Of a stretch of 64,000 nt of DNA, positions 10,474-23,284 are shown piece after piece; positions within the stretch are counted from its first letter, which is position 1, and every line of letters begins with the position of its first letter. A model generated the notes under the pieces. The model made no database searches. It was not told the DNA's origin and saw only the letters and a program-made list of their open reading frames with translations. This stretch comes from a virus (Duplodnaviria > Heunggongvirae > Uroviricota > Caudoviricetes): IMG/VR virus record IMGVR_UViG_2667527770_000005, positions 14,376-78,375 of that record. One strand, written 5' to 3'. The position numbers were made by a program, and so were the translations under genes.

Positions 10474-10490
10474 ATCTATTAGAGCAATGA
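10474..10490. promoter_or_regulatory. C1 operator-like site (TATTAGAGCAAT core) in ref upstream region
   Basis: Match to P1 Op consensus ATTGCTCTAATAAATT in reverse orientation. Confidence 0.55.
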
Positions 10491-10552
10491 TAGATATTTT
10501 GTTTATCGCTAATCACATTTTTTCACTTCAGTACCTGTGTGCTATACTCCTT

Positions 10553-10622
10553 CTTGATTGATTGGATGCGGAATACAAACCCGCTCTTTTGTGCAGCCTG
10601 GCTCCTTGCCAGGCTTTTTTTT
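10553..10622 (+). ncRNA. candidate small RNA: TATACT -10 element then about 70 nt ending in strong intrinsic terminator (AGCCTGG-loop-CCAGGCT + T8)
   Basis: Plus-strand terminator at 10595..10622 convergent with cra stop; putative -10 at 10544..10549; no ORF. Confidence 0.3.
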
Positions 10623-10932
10623 ATTTCATCATGGAAGTTGTTAACGCTTTGGACCTTGCTGAACTGATTGAGAGGGCTTTGTCAACGTGCCCCAAAAATT
10701 CGCCAAACTCAGACATCACTTTAGCAAAACCGCGTCGTGCTTCTTCCTCGGTGGCATTCATCACGAAATGTTCAGCACTACGCATACTTTTGACAGGAAA
10801 CGCAACGGATATTGAGTCAATATCAGGCATTCTATCGCTCAGCTTTACAGTGACAATGACGGCTGGCGACTGAATATTAGTGCTTACAGACAGCACTACA
10901 TATTTTCCGTCGATGTTGAAATCCTTTCTCAT
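10621..10932 (-). CDS. cra: Cra (c8)-position small protein, 103 aa
   Basis: Synteny between ref and cre. Confidence 0.55.
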   Translation of the reverse strand: MRKDFNIDGKYVVLSVSTNIQSPAVIVTVKLSDRMPDIDSISVAFPVKSMRSAEHFVMNATEEEARRGFAKVMSEFGEFLGHVDKALSISSARSKALTTSMMK

Positions 10933-10982
10933 ATGTCACCATAAATATCAAATAATTATAGCAATCATTTACGCGTTAATGG

Positions 10983-12014
10983 CTAATCGCCATCTTCCAG
11001 CAGGCGCACCATTGCCCCTGTTTCACTATCCAGGTTACGGATATAGTTCATGACAATATTTACATTGGTCCAGCCACCAGCTTGCATGATCTCCGGTATT
11101 GAAACTCCAGCGCGGGCCATATCTCGCGCGGCTCCGACACGGGCACTGTGTCCAGACCAGGCCAGGTACCTCTGGCCAGAGTCATCCTTAGCCCCGTAAA
11201 TCAATCGGTGAGTTGCTTCAAAAATCCCTTCCAGGGCGCGAGTTGATAGCTGGCTGGTGGGTGATGGCGAGGCAACACCATTTTTTCTGACCCGGCAAAA
11301 CAAGTAGTTATTCGGATCATCAGCCACACCAGAGACAGAAATCCATCGTTCGACCAGTTTAGTTACCCCCAGGCTAAGTGCCTTCTCTACACCCGCGGTA
11401 CTAACCAGCGTTTTCGTTCTGCCAATATGGATTAGCATTCTCCCACCGTCTGTACGTGAGATATCTTTAACCCTGATCCTGGCAATTTCGGCTATACGTA
11501 ACAGGGTGTTATAAGCGATCCCCAGAAATGCCAGATTACGTATATCCTGGCAGCGATCGCTATTTTCCATGAGTGAACGAACCTGGTCGAAATCAGTGCG
11601 TTCGAACGCCAATGCCTGTTTTGCACGTTCACCGGCATCAACGTTTTCTTTTCGAATCCGCCGCATGACCAGTGAAACAGCATTGCTGTCACTTGGTCGT
11701 GGCAGCCCGGACCGACGATGAAGCATGTTTAGCTGGCCCAAATGTTGCTGGATAGTTTTTACTGCCAGACCGCGCGCCTGAAGATATAGAAGATAATCGC
11801 GAACATCTTCAGGTTCTGCGGGAAACCACTTCCGGTTATTCAACTTGCACCATGCCGCCCACGACCGGCAAACGGACAGAAGCATTTTCCAGGTATGCTC
11901 AGAAAACGCCTGGCGATCCCTGAACATGTCCATCAGGTTCTTGCGAACCTCATCACTCGTTGCATCGACCGGTAATGCAGGCAAATTTTGGTGTACGGTC
12001 AGTAAATTGGACAT
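10983..12014 (-). CDS. cre: Cre tyrosine recombinase, 343 aa
   Basis: Protein begins MSNLLTVHQNLPALPVD and ends MVRLLEDGD, recognisably Cre; loxP lies 420 bp upstream. Confidence 0.97.
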   Translation of the reverse strand: MSNLLTVHQNLPALPVDATSDEVRKNLMDMFRDRQAFSEHTWKMLLSVCRSWAAWCKLNNRKWFPAEPEDVRDYLLYLQARGLAVKTIQQHLGQLNMLHRRSGLPRPSDSNAVSLVMRRIRKENVDAGERAKQALAFERTDFDQVRSLMENSDRCQDIRNLAFLGIAYNTLLRIAEIARIRVKDISRTDGGRMLIHIGRTKTLVSTAGVEKALSLGVTKLVERWISVSGVADDPNNYLFCRVRKNGVASPSPTSQLSTRALEGIFEATHRLIYGAKDDSGQRYLAWSGHSARVGAARDMARAGVSIPEIMQAGGWTNVNIVMNYIRNLDSETGAMVRLLEDGD

Positions 12015-12432
12015 TTAACACTCAGACAATAGTTTTAAGTAAAGTGTACAGGATTGGCTCTGCCTTTACCTGTTTATGGTTCTCGTCATAGAAACGCCAG
12101 CGACCGCGCGTGCGTTCTATTTTCTCTTCACCGCGCGATAATGACAGTTGGCAACTATCACGATCAAACCCTTTTGCCCGCCAGTAACCACGGTTTTTCT
12201 CAAGCTCAAGATGAGTGGACACTTTAGCAGCTGAATATCCCATTTTTCACCTCTGATTGATTGGTGGTGCTAAGTGCGCTACGCGAAATCTGGAGCACTA
12301 ACACTGCCAACATTTCGCAGATTTTACGTAGCGCAACCTTGATCAAATGATCAAGTGATCACTATTTGACCTGATAAGGTATTGAACTGTATGGATTTAC
12401 AGGTAAATTGATCATGTTCAATAACCCTTAAG

Positions 12433-12466
12433 ATAACTTCGTATAATGTATGCTATACGAAGTTAT
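12433..12466 (+). other. loxP: loxP site (ATAACTTCGTATA-ATGTATGC-TATACGAAGTTAT)
   Basis: Exact 34-bp match read from sequence. Confidence 0.98.
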
Positions 12467-12512
12467 TAGGTCTGAAGAGGAGTTTACGTCCAGCTGCGCA
12501 TAAAAATCAAGA

Positions 12513-12529
12513 ATTATTAGAGCAATAAA
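12513..12529. promoter_or_regulatory. C1 operator (Op99-like cluster member)
   Basis: ATTATTAGAGCAATAAATT matches Op consensus. Confidence 0.65.
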
Positions 12530-12592
12530 TTTTGAGAGAAAAATCCCATTCCACCAGCCAAAAACTGGATTGTTTTTCATAGTTGTTTGACA

Positions 12593-12609
12593 ATTGCTCT
12601 AATAAATTA
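12593..12609. promoter_or_regulatory. C1 operator (Op99-like) upstream of coi/c1
   Basis: ATTGCTCTAATAAATTA, near-exact Op consensus. Confidence 0.7.
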
Positions 12610-12847
12610 TAGTTTTGCCGCCGTTACGTAATACGATTTTGGATTCACTATTTAATGTGTCTTCAGCGTTGTAGAGCGGCTCAGAAGGAAATGAGCAAAC
12701 AGGGAAACCTTATACAACGGCATTACAGCTATGCATTGCTCATCTTACACACAGCGCAATGTTGTTAGATTACCCCAGCATGGATCATGGGTGAAACAGT
12801 AGGTCAGAGCTTCAGGCTCTGTGTTGTCAATACAGTGAGGCATAATT

Positions 12848-13057
12848 ATGGCTTTCATTCAACCAACCATCGACGACGTTAGACATTGCTCTAACGCTTT
12901 ATCTGTAGACCCTGCCGAAACCGACGCTGCCCGCGCCATTGCTGAACACTACTCAAAGATATCCAATCAGGAGTACCGCATCACCCAAGACGACCTGGAT
13001 GACCTCACTGACACAATCGAATATCTCATGGCAACTAACCAGTTAGACTCACAATAA
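12848..13057 (+). CDS. coi: Coi, C1 inactivator, 69 aa
   Basis: Size, position immediately upstream of c1. Confidence 0.8.
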   Translation: MAFIQPTIDDVRHCSNALSVDPAETDAARAIAEHYSKISNQEYRITQDDLDDLTDTIEYLMATNQLDSQ

Positions 13058-13167
13058 ATGCACTAATAAATCTATTATTTTTGTTTGATCCCTCTATAAT
13101 ATAGGTCAGTAATGACCGGTTTTCTCAGCCGGGCGTTATTGACCATGTCAATTCTGGAGGAGGATCA

Positions 13168-14019
13168 ATGATAAATTATGTCTACGGCGAACAACTGTAC
13201 CAGGAGTTCGTCAGCTTCAGGGATCTCTTTCTAAAAAAAGCTGTTGCACGCGCCCAACACGTTGATACAGCCAGCGACGGTCGTCCTGTACGCCCGGTTG
13301 TCGTTCTACCGTTCAAAGAAACTGACAGCATTCAGGCTGAAATTGATAAATGGACTTTAATGGCGCGGGAACTGGAACAGTACCCAGACCTCAATATCCC
13401 AAAGACTATTTTATATCCAGTGCCTAACATCCTTCGCGGTGTGCGTAAGGTTACAACTTATCAGACAGAAGCTGTGAACAGCGTCAACATGACCGCTGGC
13501 CGCATTATTCATCTGATTGATAAGGACATTCGCATCCAAAAAAGCGCGGGGATCAATGAGCACAGTGCGAAATACATAGAGAACCTGGAAGCAACAAAAG
13601 AGCTAATGAAGCAGTACCCGGAGGATGAAAAATTCCGTATGCGCGTACACGGCTTTAGCGAAACAATGCTGCGCGTCCACTACATTTCCAGTAGCCCTAA
13701 CTACAATGATGGTAAATCAGTTAGTTACCATGTGCCGCTGTGTGGTGTGTTTATCTGCGATGAAACTCTCCGTGATGGAATCATCATCAACGGTGAATTC
13801 GAGAAAGCAAAATTTAGCCTTTATGACTCTATAGAACCGATCATCTGCGACCGCTGGCCGCAGGCAAAAATATATCGCCTGGCAGATATTGAAAATGTAA
13901 AAAAACAAATTGCCATCACTCGCGAAGAGAAAAAGGTCAAATCAGCCGCATCAGTTACGCGCAGCCGTAAAACTAAGAAGGGGCAGCCAGTAAACAGCAA
14001 CCCCGAAAGCGCGCAATAG
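13168..14019 (+). CDS. c1: C1 repressor of lysis, 283 aa
   Basis: 283-aa ORF with GGAGGAGGA SD; position between coi and pacB; multiple Op sites in window. Confidence 0.9.
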   Translation: MINYVYGEQLYQEFVSFRDLFLKKAVARAQHVDTASDGRPVRPVVVLPFKETDSIQAEIDKWTLMARELEQYPDLNIPKTILYPVPNILRGVRKVTTYQTEAVNSVNMTAGRIIHLIDKDIRIQKSAGINEHSAKYIENLEATKELMKQYPEDEKFRMRVHGFSETMLRVHYISSSPNYNDGKSVSYHVPLCGVFICDETLRDGIIINGEFEKAKFSLYDSIEPIICDRWPQAKIYRLADIENVKKQIAITREEKKVKSAASVTRSRKTKKGQPVNSNPESAQ

Positions 14020-14044
14020 TTTTCCATCCGGCATGGTCAAATTG

Positions 14045-15529
14045 TTATTCATTAAGCCATGCCAGAGCTTCATCAACCTGCGCTTCGTCTTCGACGCTAA
14101 GCACTTCATCCTGGGGAACATAGTTCGCCAACATAGCGAAACAATATGTATCCCAATGGTCCGGTGAGTGCAGGTTGAGTTTTTTCTTCATATCTTCCTT
14201 TGACATCACCTTCCATTGACCTGCGGAATTTATCCCTACCGGTATCTTTGATGCTTCCTCTATAGTCGCAGCCCCCTTATCAAGCCGCATACGCCCTGAT
14301 TTTACAGCTTCTGCCGCCTGAATATTCGCGAAAGCGCGCATATCGAAATAAAGGCTTTTATCTTCACGGCTGTGCATCTTTTTACCCCAGCGGATACGCT
14401 GGACGGTAATGCCATAGCGTTCGTACATTAGATCAGCCGTCGATTTCCCCAAGCCATCGCCATCAATAGCTATGGTTATGTTCGGGAACCGTTCTGGGTT
14501 ACATTCTGCGAAAATCTTGGCGGCTAACTGCGTTTCTGTAACGTCTGTGTATTCCAGCATACGATAGTTGATTACACGGCGTTTATTTCGCTGGCCGGAC
14601 ACCATCATGATATTAATAACGGACTTATCTCGCCCTGTGCCACCAGCAACGTCAACACATGCAACCCAGCCCCATCCTTTGGCAATCTTGACCTTTCGCC
14701 GCGTCGCCCGCTCAACCTCATCACGACCAAGAAGAAAGCCATCTTGAGATTTGGGAAATTCACCACGTACTTTGATCATGTACATGGGGTTATCACGACC
14801 GCCATACTCCGCAAGTTTTGCTCGTATAAATTTTGCATCTACAAGCGGAGATTCTTCACTATTCAGTATTATCGCAGTAAACAATCCATCAGGATTTCCC
14901 GGGCGAATAGCTAGTCTGTGGTGTGAATCGTAGAAATAGCCTGAAGGTCGCGTAGGCTGGGAAAGAAGCAGAATACGGTTATCCTTACCGGTCAGCGCAC
15001 CTGTTATCACACTGAATGCTTTATCACTCACACCCGACGCTTCGTCGATGATATACAAGAGATGATCGGCGTGTTCACCAGCCAACGCCTCCTCATTTCC
15101 GGGGCGACAGGACTTTATCAATATTGTCCAAACACCCTTGCCAGTCACCTCAAAAAAAGACGTTTCTGTAAGAATGAAATACTTCGACAACCACGGGAAT
15201 CTGCTAACAGCAGTAGCCCAATTGCTCTTTATGTATTTGAAAATACCATCAAGGACTTGCTGTCTTTTGTTAGCGACCAGAATGACGCGAGCGCCGGGGA
15301 AAAACATGATGAAGAGTATTGCAATGATACTCGTCATATCCGATTTACCAGTACCATGGCCGGAGGTCACACTTGTCCAACTGCCGTCCTGCTGCGTGGA
15401 CTCAATGATCTCATCCTGCTGCCAGGTTGGTGTCTTCCCAAACAACACATCAGCGGCCGCAATCCAGTCATAACGATATAGCGCCACCAGCTCGCGCCAA
15501 CGTGGGTCCGTTACGCAACTTCTGGCCAT
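14045..15529 (-). CDS. pacB: PacB terminase large subunit, 494 aa
   Basis: Walker A GHGTGKS; follows pacA; size as P1 PacB. Confidence 0.9.
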
Positions 15530-16722
15530 TAATCATCATCCCCGTACAGTTTGCGGGTAACTTCTTCGTCTTCCTCCTCGTCTTCGTCCAGATCCTGTTC
15601 AAGCCATGCTTCGTTTGATATGCCTTCCGCATCGACATCACCATAACCACCTGTATCGACGATATCGGCAATTTCTTCTCTACGATGCTCAATCCACAAT
15701 GCCGCATCAGCGCGGCGGCTGGCGGCCCGTTCTCGCGCGATTTTATCCAGATCTTCAAGTGATGGAGCGCCAGATGCTGTTTGGTTTTCCTCATCATCGG
15801 TATTGGTCTTAGGAGCACGCAGATCGGCTTTGATTTGCTCCAGCATCAGGGGCGGCACTTTCCCGCCATGCGCCTCGATGAATTCAGCTGCTTCCAGCAC
15901 TGACCAGTTATTTTCACGCTTTCGTTCGTATGCCAGCTTAACAATGCCAGCTTGCCCCATAGATAAAGCGTGCTTTTCCGCCTCCCGGCTTTCTTTTCGA
16001 TAGTTATTCCGGATGCTGTAAATGGTGTTGATCAGGCTGCTTATCTGCGCGGAACAGCTGTTTAGCATGCTCGCGATACGATATTCAGGCGGAGTCCCTT
16101 CATCATCGTTTTTTTGCTGATCACGCATTTCCTGCACCAGGCGAATACACGTATCCCTGGCGTTCTCCAGCATAAGGAGATGAGAAAGAGACTTTTCAAG
16201 AAGAGTGGTTTCCAGAACATCGGCCCCGGACCTACGCAACATAGCGCGCGCGGCCTTCCGCGCTTCAACGTTATCTATCAGGTAATCGTCAGCTTCGAAT
16301 TCAAAGCGTTCACCATCATCATCCAGGGTGTCGCGTTCCAGGCGATCACGTAAGGTCCGGTGGGCGCGGGTGATCACGTCATGATCATCTGAACGATCAT
16401 TTATGCGCTTATTTTGGCGCTTCGCATTCTCGACTGCGGCACTGACAACGGCATTAACTCTTTGTTTTTCCACTATTTCAGCCGCAATGTGATCACCTGC
16501 ATGTTGATCATTAGAGTGATCAATGATCATGCTTTTTAGTGGCTTCCTGACTGGCTTATTTGGCTTGCGGCTGTCCGCTGTCCTGGTGTCTTCTTTGAAG
16601 GCACGGAGATAACGACGTGCGGTATTAGGGTTAAGATTAAACTCGGCGGCATACTGTGCGATGGTGTAACCACCATCTCGCGCCAGGCGAGCAAAATTCT
16701 TCTTGTGATCGTCCCAGGTCAC
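15529..16722 (-). CDS. pacA: PacA terminase small/pac-recognition subunit, 397 aa
   Basis: Contains pac site internally; acidic C-terminus; size as P1 PacA. Confidence 0.85.
16365..16532. other. pac: pac packaging site: two clusters of TGATCA/G hexamers (Dam sites) about 100 bp apart inside pacA
   Basis: Hexamers at about 16370, 16381, 16395 and 16490, 16505, 16517, 16524. Confidence 0.75.
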
Positions 16723-16807
16723 TTATGCTTCCTTTCGTAAAAACTCTTTTTGACGCGAGGGTAACGAAAGTCACATGTCAAAAGGCCCGGAACGGGCAAG
16801 CAATCAA

Positions 16808-17260
16808 TCAGATACGTGCGGATGTGGCATTACCGTAATGACGGTGCTGACGGGCCACCTTATTGAAAAGTTGACGCGCCATTACCCAAGGCTGGTGCTC
16901 CCGGCGTTCCTTTTCGTCCTGCGTCATATAGAGTTCGTTCTGGAGTTTTTCATCAAACCGGCGCGGCGCGCGGCTGCGGCGAAAGAATTCAGGATTCAGA
17001 GAGTGGATCTGAAATCTACGTGGGCGTGTACTGTCATCAATCAAAACAGACGAATACTTAGACACAGCGATAGCCTTTAAGCGCAGATAAACGTCGCGCT
17101 TATCGACATCCAGATGCGGGTATTCCTTTTCAAGGATTGCTGCGAGTTCTTTCGCTGATAGAAGAGACTTAGTGCGGATCATGTAATCCGCAATCTCATA
17201 CGATGTTATTCGTGAGTGATTTATTTCCATGAAGTGGCGTCCCTGCCAGTTAAGTAACAT
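16808..17260 (-). CDS. lpa: Lpa late promoter activator, 150 aa
   Basis: Size and position upstream of pacA; C1 operator in its upstream region. Confidence 0.8.
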   Translation of the reverse strand: MLLNWQGRHFMEINHSRITSYEIADYMIRTKSLLSAKELAAILEKEYPHLDVDKRDVYLRLKAIAVSKYSSVLIDDSTRPRRFQIHSLNPEFFRRSRAPRRFDEKLQNELYMTQDEKERREHQPWVMARQLFNKVARQHRHYGNATSARI

Positions 17261-17330
17261 CCTGTCACCTACTGATTAGCCCATGTCAACTAATCAACGT
17301 GGAATATAATACCCTCGATTAAATAAATAG

Positions 17331-17350
17331 CAATACATTAGAGCAATTTT
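17331..17350. promoter_or_regulatory. C1 operator upstream of lpa
   Basis: CATTAGAGCAATTTTAT matches Op consensus. Confidence 0.6.
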
Positions 17351-18392
17351 ATCTAACGCTCGACGAATGACTTGTGATAACGCCGACTCCAAGCGCGTAA
17401 TCAAAGAACAATCGTTGATGCATCGCCAACCTACCGTGCGTCTTCTCCCAATTATCGCGGTCACGCTCAATATCACGCTGGCATGACTGGCACAGAGGAA
17501 TTGCGTAAATGTCATGCGCGCATAATCGACTATGACGAACGATATAAGGCGTAATGTGAGCGCCAGCTCCCGCAGCTCCACACCCACAGCATGGACGGGA
17601 AGCAACAAAGTTCATGTACTCGGGTAATTTTAGCGATTGCAGTTTTGGTATTTTGAAATGCGCCATGCCAGGGTCGGAGTCAACATCCACAGGGCATACT
17701 TTTGCACGCATCGGCGCGGCGCGTTCTTCCATCATCTGAACATATGCTGTAGCACGATCGTCGTACGGGCGAATATCCGCCTCTTTCAGAGGTCCGCTAT
17801 CCTGCGAAGTAGCCTTCATCTTATTTATTGATATGCGGCAGACTTCTTCCGGCATTAGGTGCATCATGTCGCGCATGAAAGCCCACCAGCACAGTTCCTG
17901 AATACTTAAATCATGGCCATCTGAAAGCCCCATTTCCTGACGGGCGACATCCAGTATCCAGTTAACACGATTATTATGCAGCGTTTCTTTCAGCTCATTA
18001 AAACCACGCATCCGGTAATGGTTATCGTGATGCCAGCACAACAACACCGCGCTATTGTCTCGTTCTGCGTGGACAATATGGTTGTCACACCAGCTACGAT
18101 CTGCGGCCTGGCATTGCCCCTCTTTCCTGCGCAACCACGCCACCAGCGCGTCAATTCCACCAATACGGCGAAACAGTTCATCGCTGTTAAAAAACGGCTG
18201 CAACGCCTCATTTGTTACCATAGTTTGCTCGGAAACAACGAGGCCGTCGTCCATGTGCTCGATTAACTCACGCGGCACCGGCTCCATAATAAATTTACGG
18301 CCAGCCTCCACCAGCTTTCTGACTTCCTGATCCACTTTGAATGTGGCGACGCCAAGCTCTTTTTGTACAAAGGGAGTAATTACGGCTTTCAC
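17349..18392 (-). CDS. Cys/His-rich hypothetical protein, 347 aa (position of P1 pdcB)
   Basis: Long ORF; synteny after doc. Confidence 0.55.
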   Translation of the reverse strand: MKAVITPFVQKELGVATFKVDQEVRKLVEAGRKFIMEPVPRELIEHMDDGLVVSEQTMVTNEALQPFFNSDELFRRIGGIDALVAWLRRKEGQCQAADRSWCDNHIVHAERDNSAVLLCWHHDNHYRMRGFNELKETLHNNRVNWILDVARQEMGLSDGHDLSIQELCWWAFMRDMMHLMPEEVCRISINKMKATSQDSGPLKEADIRPYDDRATAYVQMMEERAAPMRAKVCPVDVDSDPGMAHFKIPKLQSLKLPEYMNFVASRPCCGCGAAGAGAHITPYIVRHSRLCAHDIYAIPLCQSCQRDIERDRDNWEKTHGRLAMHQRLFFDYALGVGVITSHSSSVR

Positions 18393-18603
18393 ATCACACC
18401 TTTCATCACTGATTGGGCTTTATCTGCTGCCCGGCATTCTCTGTTTAAGCACAACCATTTCCTGACGGCATAACACAGCAATAGCAGTCCTGGCTCCAAT
18501 TTGCTTACCAACCAGGTATTGCTTTACCTCGCGGCGACTCACGCCATCAAGAAGCATCTTTAACGCTTCACGGGACAACTTGTTGTATTTACGTGCCATT
18601 AAT

Positions 18604-18984
18604 CTACTCCGCAGAACCATACAATCTACGTAACGTGTCGGCGACAGAAGATACAGATATCTCTCCGGTCGCAGCCCCTACGGTAAGGTCTGCCAGTTCT
18701 GGTGAATCAAATACCTGCACCCCGTTACGGCGTAGAAATAGCAGCGCACTGTTTAGCGCGGTACGCTTATTGGCATCATTGAATATATGCCCTCTCGCAG
18801 TAGCCACCAGGTAGGTGGCGGAGACTTCGAAAAGGTCGGTGATATCTTCGTAGGCAACTCTGGCCTGAACTCTCCCGATAATGGCCTCTGCCCTACCCGG
18901 ATCTGACATTCCCGGCAGGCCGCCGTAGCGGTTTATATTCGCATCATGAAGCGCAATAAGTTCTTCCGGTGATATATGCCTCAT
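18604..18984 (-). CDS. doc: Doc toxin (Fic-fold), 126 aa
   Basis: Protein [22 protein letters not shown]..., recognisable Doc; overlaps phd stop. Confidence 0.95.
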   Translation of the reverse strand: MRHISPEELIALHDANINRYGGLPGMSDPGRAEAIIGRVQARVAYEDITDLFEVSATYLVATARGHIFNDANKRTALNSALLFLRRNGVQVFDSPELADLTVGAATGEISVSSVADTLRRLYGSAE

Positions 18985-19205
18985 TATCGGTTAACCAGTT
19001 CCTTGTTGGTGGAGTCCAGGGTGTCAAACAGGGATGCAAATTCAGCATCCAGCGCCGCTTTTTTGTAGGCTTCGAAAGTAGCCTTGCTGACAATTACTGC
19101 TGGCTCACGGCCTCTGCGAGTGATTTCAACCTCTTCCCCGGCTTCAACATTGTTGAGCACTTCAGAAAGGTTGCCGCGCGCGGTACGGAAGTTAATGGAT
19201 TGCAT
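18984..19205 (-). CDS. phd: Phd antitoxin, 73 aa
   Basis: [40 protein letters not shown]; ATG at 19205 (track ORF starts at in-frame GTG 19211). Confidence 0.95.
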   Translation of the reverse strand: MQSINFRTARGNLSEVLNNVEAGEEVEITRRGREPAVIVSKATFEAYKKAALDAEFASLFDTLDSTNKELVNR

Positions 19206-19277
19206 AAACACCTCGTGTACTCGTTATGTGTACACAATTATAAACCTCACAGGCATAAAGCACCAGCCCTTTGCAGC

Positions 19278-19667
19278 TTAAATGACCGGACAATCATCAA
19301 ATTCCCCACTTCGGGCATCATTGATGACATGAGTGATCACACCAAAAACAGCATTACTTCCCGTGCATCCATCGTCATCTACTGGTAACGCCTCTTTCTT
19401 CCCGGTGCTTAAATCCTCCAGGTGCTGGCGCGGATACTTCCTGTATCTCTTTATGCGATATTCACCCTCCATAGCGCACACAAGCAGAGAACCATCAACC
19501 GGAGTAAGCGAGGAATCAACCACCAGCAAAGCACCCTGCAATATTCCCTCACGGTGATGGCTATCAGCTGCCCGCATGAAGTAGGTTGCTGATGGATGCC
19601 TGATTAGTTGCTGATCAAGAGAAATTCGGCTTTCAACATAATCCGCCGCAGGAGAAGGGAAGTCCAT
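19278..19667 (-). CDS. humD: HumD (UmuD-like), 129 aa
   Basis: Size, position, LexA box immediately upstream. Confidence 0.85.
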   Translation of the reverse strand: MDFPSPAADYVESRISLDQQLIRHPSATYFMRAADSHHREGILQGALLVVDSSLTPVDGSLLVCAMEGEYRIKRYRKYPRQHLEDLSTGKKEALPVDDDGCTGSNAVFGVITHVINDARSGEFDDCPVI

Positions 19668-19685
19668 AGCGTTTCCATCTCTAAA

Positions 19686-19705
19686 TACTGTTTATATATA
19701 CAGTA
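19686..19705. promoter_or_regulatory. LexA (SOS) box TACTGTTTATATATACAGTA upstream of humD
   Basis: CTGT-N8-ACAG palindrome read directly. Confidence 0.8.
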
Positions 19706-19765
19706 TACATTAAAGAGGCTTGAAGTGTGCAATAGCGCGATGCTTTGCGCTCGCCTAGTGGCGCG

Positions 19766-20017
19766 TTATTTTTTGGCTATATCATCTTTCTGATATACCG
19801 GATCGTTCCCTTTTGGCAGCTGGAGGCTTAACTGCCGGTAGTGCCGTAGCCGTTCCATGAAATAGGTGCGCAGGTTCTCCGGCTGCTCACGAGCTACCTG
19901 TTCCGCTATGACGGGTATGCTCAATCGCTCTTTGTACGCCACACCGCTGGCAGCCAGATCAACGTTAACCTTATCCCGTTCTTCCTGACTTTTAGCTGCA
20001 ATATTCCAGTCGCTCAT
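19766..20017 (-). CDS. hypothetical protein, 83 aa (position of P1 lxr)
   Basis: Synteny only. Confidence 0.45.
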   Translation of the reverse strand: MSDWNIAAKSQEERDKVNVDLAASGVAYKERLSIPVIAEQVAREQPENLRTYFMERLRHYRQLSLQLPKGNDPVYQKDDIAKK

Positions 20018-20368
20018 ATTTAAGGCTCACATTTCCAGATGGTATTCTGAACGCCCGTGCCGGGCGCGAGATGGGGGTTAGCATTCGCGCTATGCAGATA
20101 TACAGCTTTAGACTTTCCGTATTGCTGACAGGCTTTATCTGCGTTTTTTGCAGGCTATCCAAGCCCATACCAGCCATCGGACTGGATGCTAACCTTTTCA
20201 CCGTCATTGTATTGCACCATTGCACACCCAGATATAGCTATCATCGCACCGACAATACCGCTTTTCCAAAAAGCTCTAATTAGGTCATTCGTTGCCTAAT
20301 GTCCGAACTGCTAAAGCATCAAAGTTGCTGTAGAATCACCGCCAATTACTTAAGCCTGAAATAAGTGG

Positions 20369-21927
20369 ATGAAAATGACAAGTATTCAACAACGTGCAGA
20401 GCTTCATCGTCAAATCTGGCAAATTGCTAACGATGTCAGAGGTTCGGTCGATGGATGGGATTTTAAGCAATACGTTCTGGGCGCGCTTTTCTACCGTTTT
20501 ATCAGCGAAAATTTTTCCAGCTATATTGAAGCCGGTGATGACAGCATCTGTTATGCGAAACTGGATGACAGCGTAATTACTGATGACATTAAAGACGATG
20601 CCATCAAAACCAAAGGCTACTTCATCTACCCAAGTCAGCTTTTCTGCAACGTAGCTGCGAAAGCAAATACCAATGACAGACTGAATGCAGATTTAAACAG
20701 CATCTTCGTTGCTATCGAAAGTTCTGCTTACGGTTATCCTTCAGAAGCTGACATCAAAGGTTTGTTTGCTGATTTCGATACCACCAGTAACCGCCTGGGT
20801 AACACCGTTAAAGATAAAAATGCCCGCCTGGCTGCGGTTCTGAAAGGGGTTGAAGGGTTAAAACTTGGTGACTTCAACGAACATCAGATTGACCTGTTCG
20901 GTGATGCCTATGAGTTCCTGATTTCTAACTATGCGGCAAATGCCGGTAAGTCAGGCGGTGAGTTCTTTACACCGCAGCACGTCTCCAAGCTGATTGCACA
21001 ACTGGCTATGCACGGGCAGACCAACGTTAACAAAATCTACGACCCGGCAGCGGGTTCCGGCTCACTGTTGTTGCAGGCTAAAAAGCAGTTTGATAACCAT
21101 ATCATTGAAGAAGGCTTTTTCGGACAGGAAATCAACCATACGACCTATAACCTGGCACGTATGAACATGTTTTTGCACAACATCAACTACGACAAGTTTG
21201 ATATCAAGCTGGGCAATACGCTGACTGAGCCGCACTTCAGAGATGAAAAACCGTTTGATGCCATCGTATCTAACCCACCGTATTCGGTGAAATGGATTGG
21301 CAGCGATGACCCGACGCTGATTAACGATGAGCGTTTTGCCCCGGCTGGCGTTCTGGCCCCCAAATCCAAAGCTGACTTTGCGTTTGTATTACATGCGCTG
21401 AACTATCTTTCGGCCAAAGGTCGCGCTGCGATTGTCTGCTTCCCGGGCATTTTTTACCGTGGCGGCGCAGAGCAGAAAATCCGTCAGTATCTGGTCGATA
21501 ATAACTATGTCGAAACCGTGATTTCACTGGCTCCGAACCTGTTCTTTGGCACCACCATTGCCGTCAATATTCTGGTGTTGTCTAAACATAAAACCGATAC
21601 CAAAGTTCAGTTTATTGACGCCAGCGAATTATTCAAAAAAGAGACTAACAACAATATCCTGACCGATGCCCATATCGAACAGATTATGCAGGTATTTGCC
21701 AGCAAGGAAGATGTTGCTCATCTGGCGAAATCAGTCGCGTTTGAGACTGTTGTCGCGAATGACTATAACCTGTCGGTGAGCAGTTATGTGGAAGCGAAAG
21801 ATAACCGCGAAATTATCGATATTGCTGAGTTGAATGCAGAGCTGAAAACCACGGTCAGCAAAATCGACCAGTTGCGTAAAGATATTGATGCGATTGTAGC
21901 TGAAATTGAAGGCTGCGAGGTACAGAA

Positions 21928-21931
<4 letters not shown>
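20369..21931 (+). CDS. hsdM: Type I restriction-modification methyltransferase subunit HsdM, 520 aa
   Basis: NPPYS catalytic motif; N-terminus [17 protein letters not shown] typical of type IC HsdM; ATGA overlap with hsdS. Confidence 0.95.
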
Positions 21932-23163
<1,232 letters not shown>

Positions 23164-23284
23164 TTGACCATTGCTACCGACCGGGCCACCTTAACACCCG
23201 GTCAGTATATAGACTATTTTTTACACGCTGGAAGTCACCATTAACGCCCTTCCGGCCCTTGCCAGACGGCACAAAGGATGCGCT

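Noticed and set aside
12022-12243. 73-aa minus-strand ORF between cre and loxP
   Set aside because: Lies in the cre promoter/leader region next to loxP; no SD or conserved motif; P1 has no gene here as far as I recall.
18420-18620. 66-aa ORF overlapping the 3' end of doc
   Set aside because: Overlaps doc by 17 nt with no clear SD; kept out of features as unsupported.
19992-20225. 77-aa minus-strand ORF upstream of hsdM (where P1 hot might be expected)
   Set aside because: Translation looks non-protein-like; region more plausibly the hsdM promoter; no Hot/HolE-like sequence recognised.
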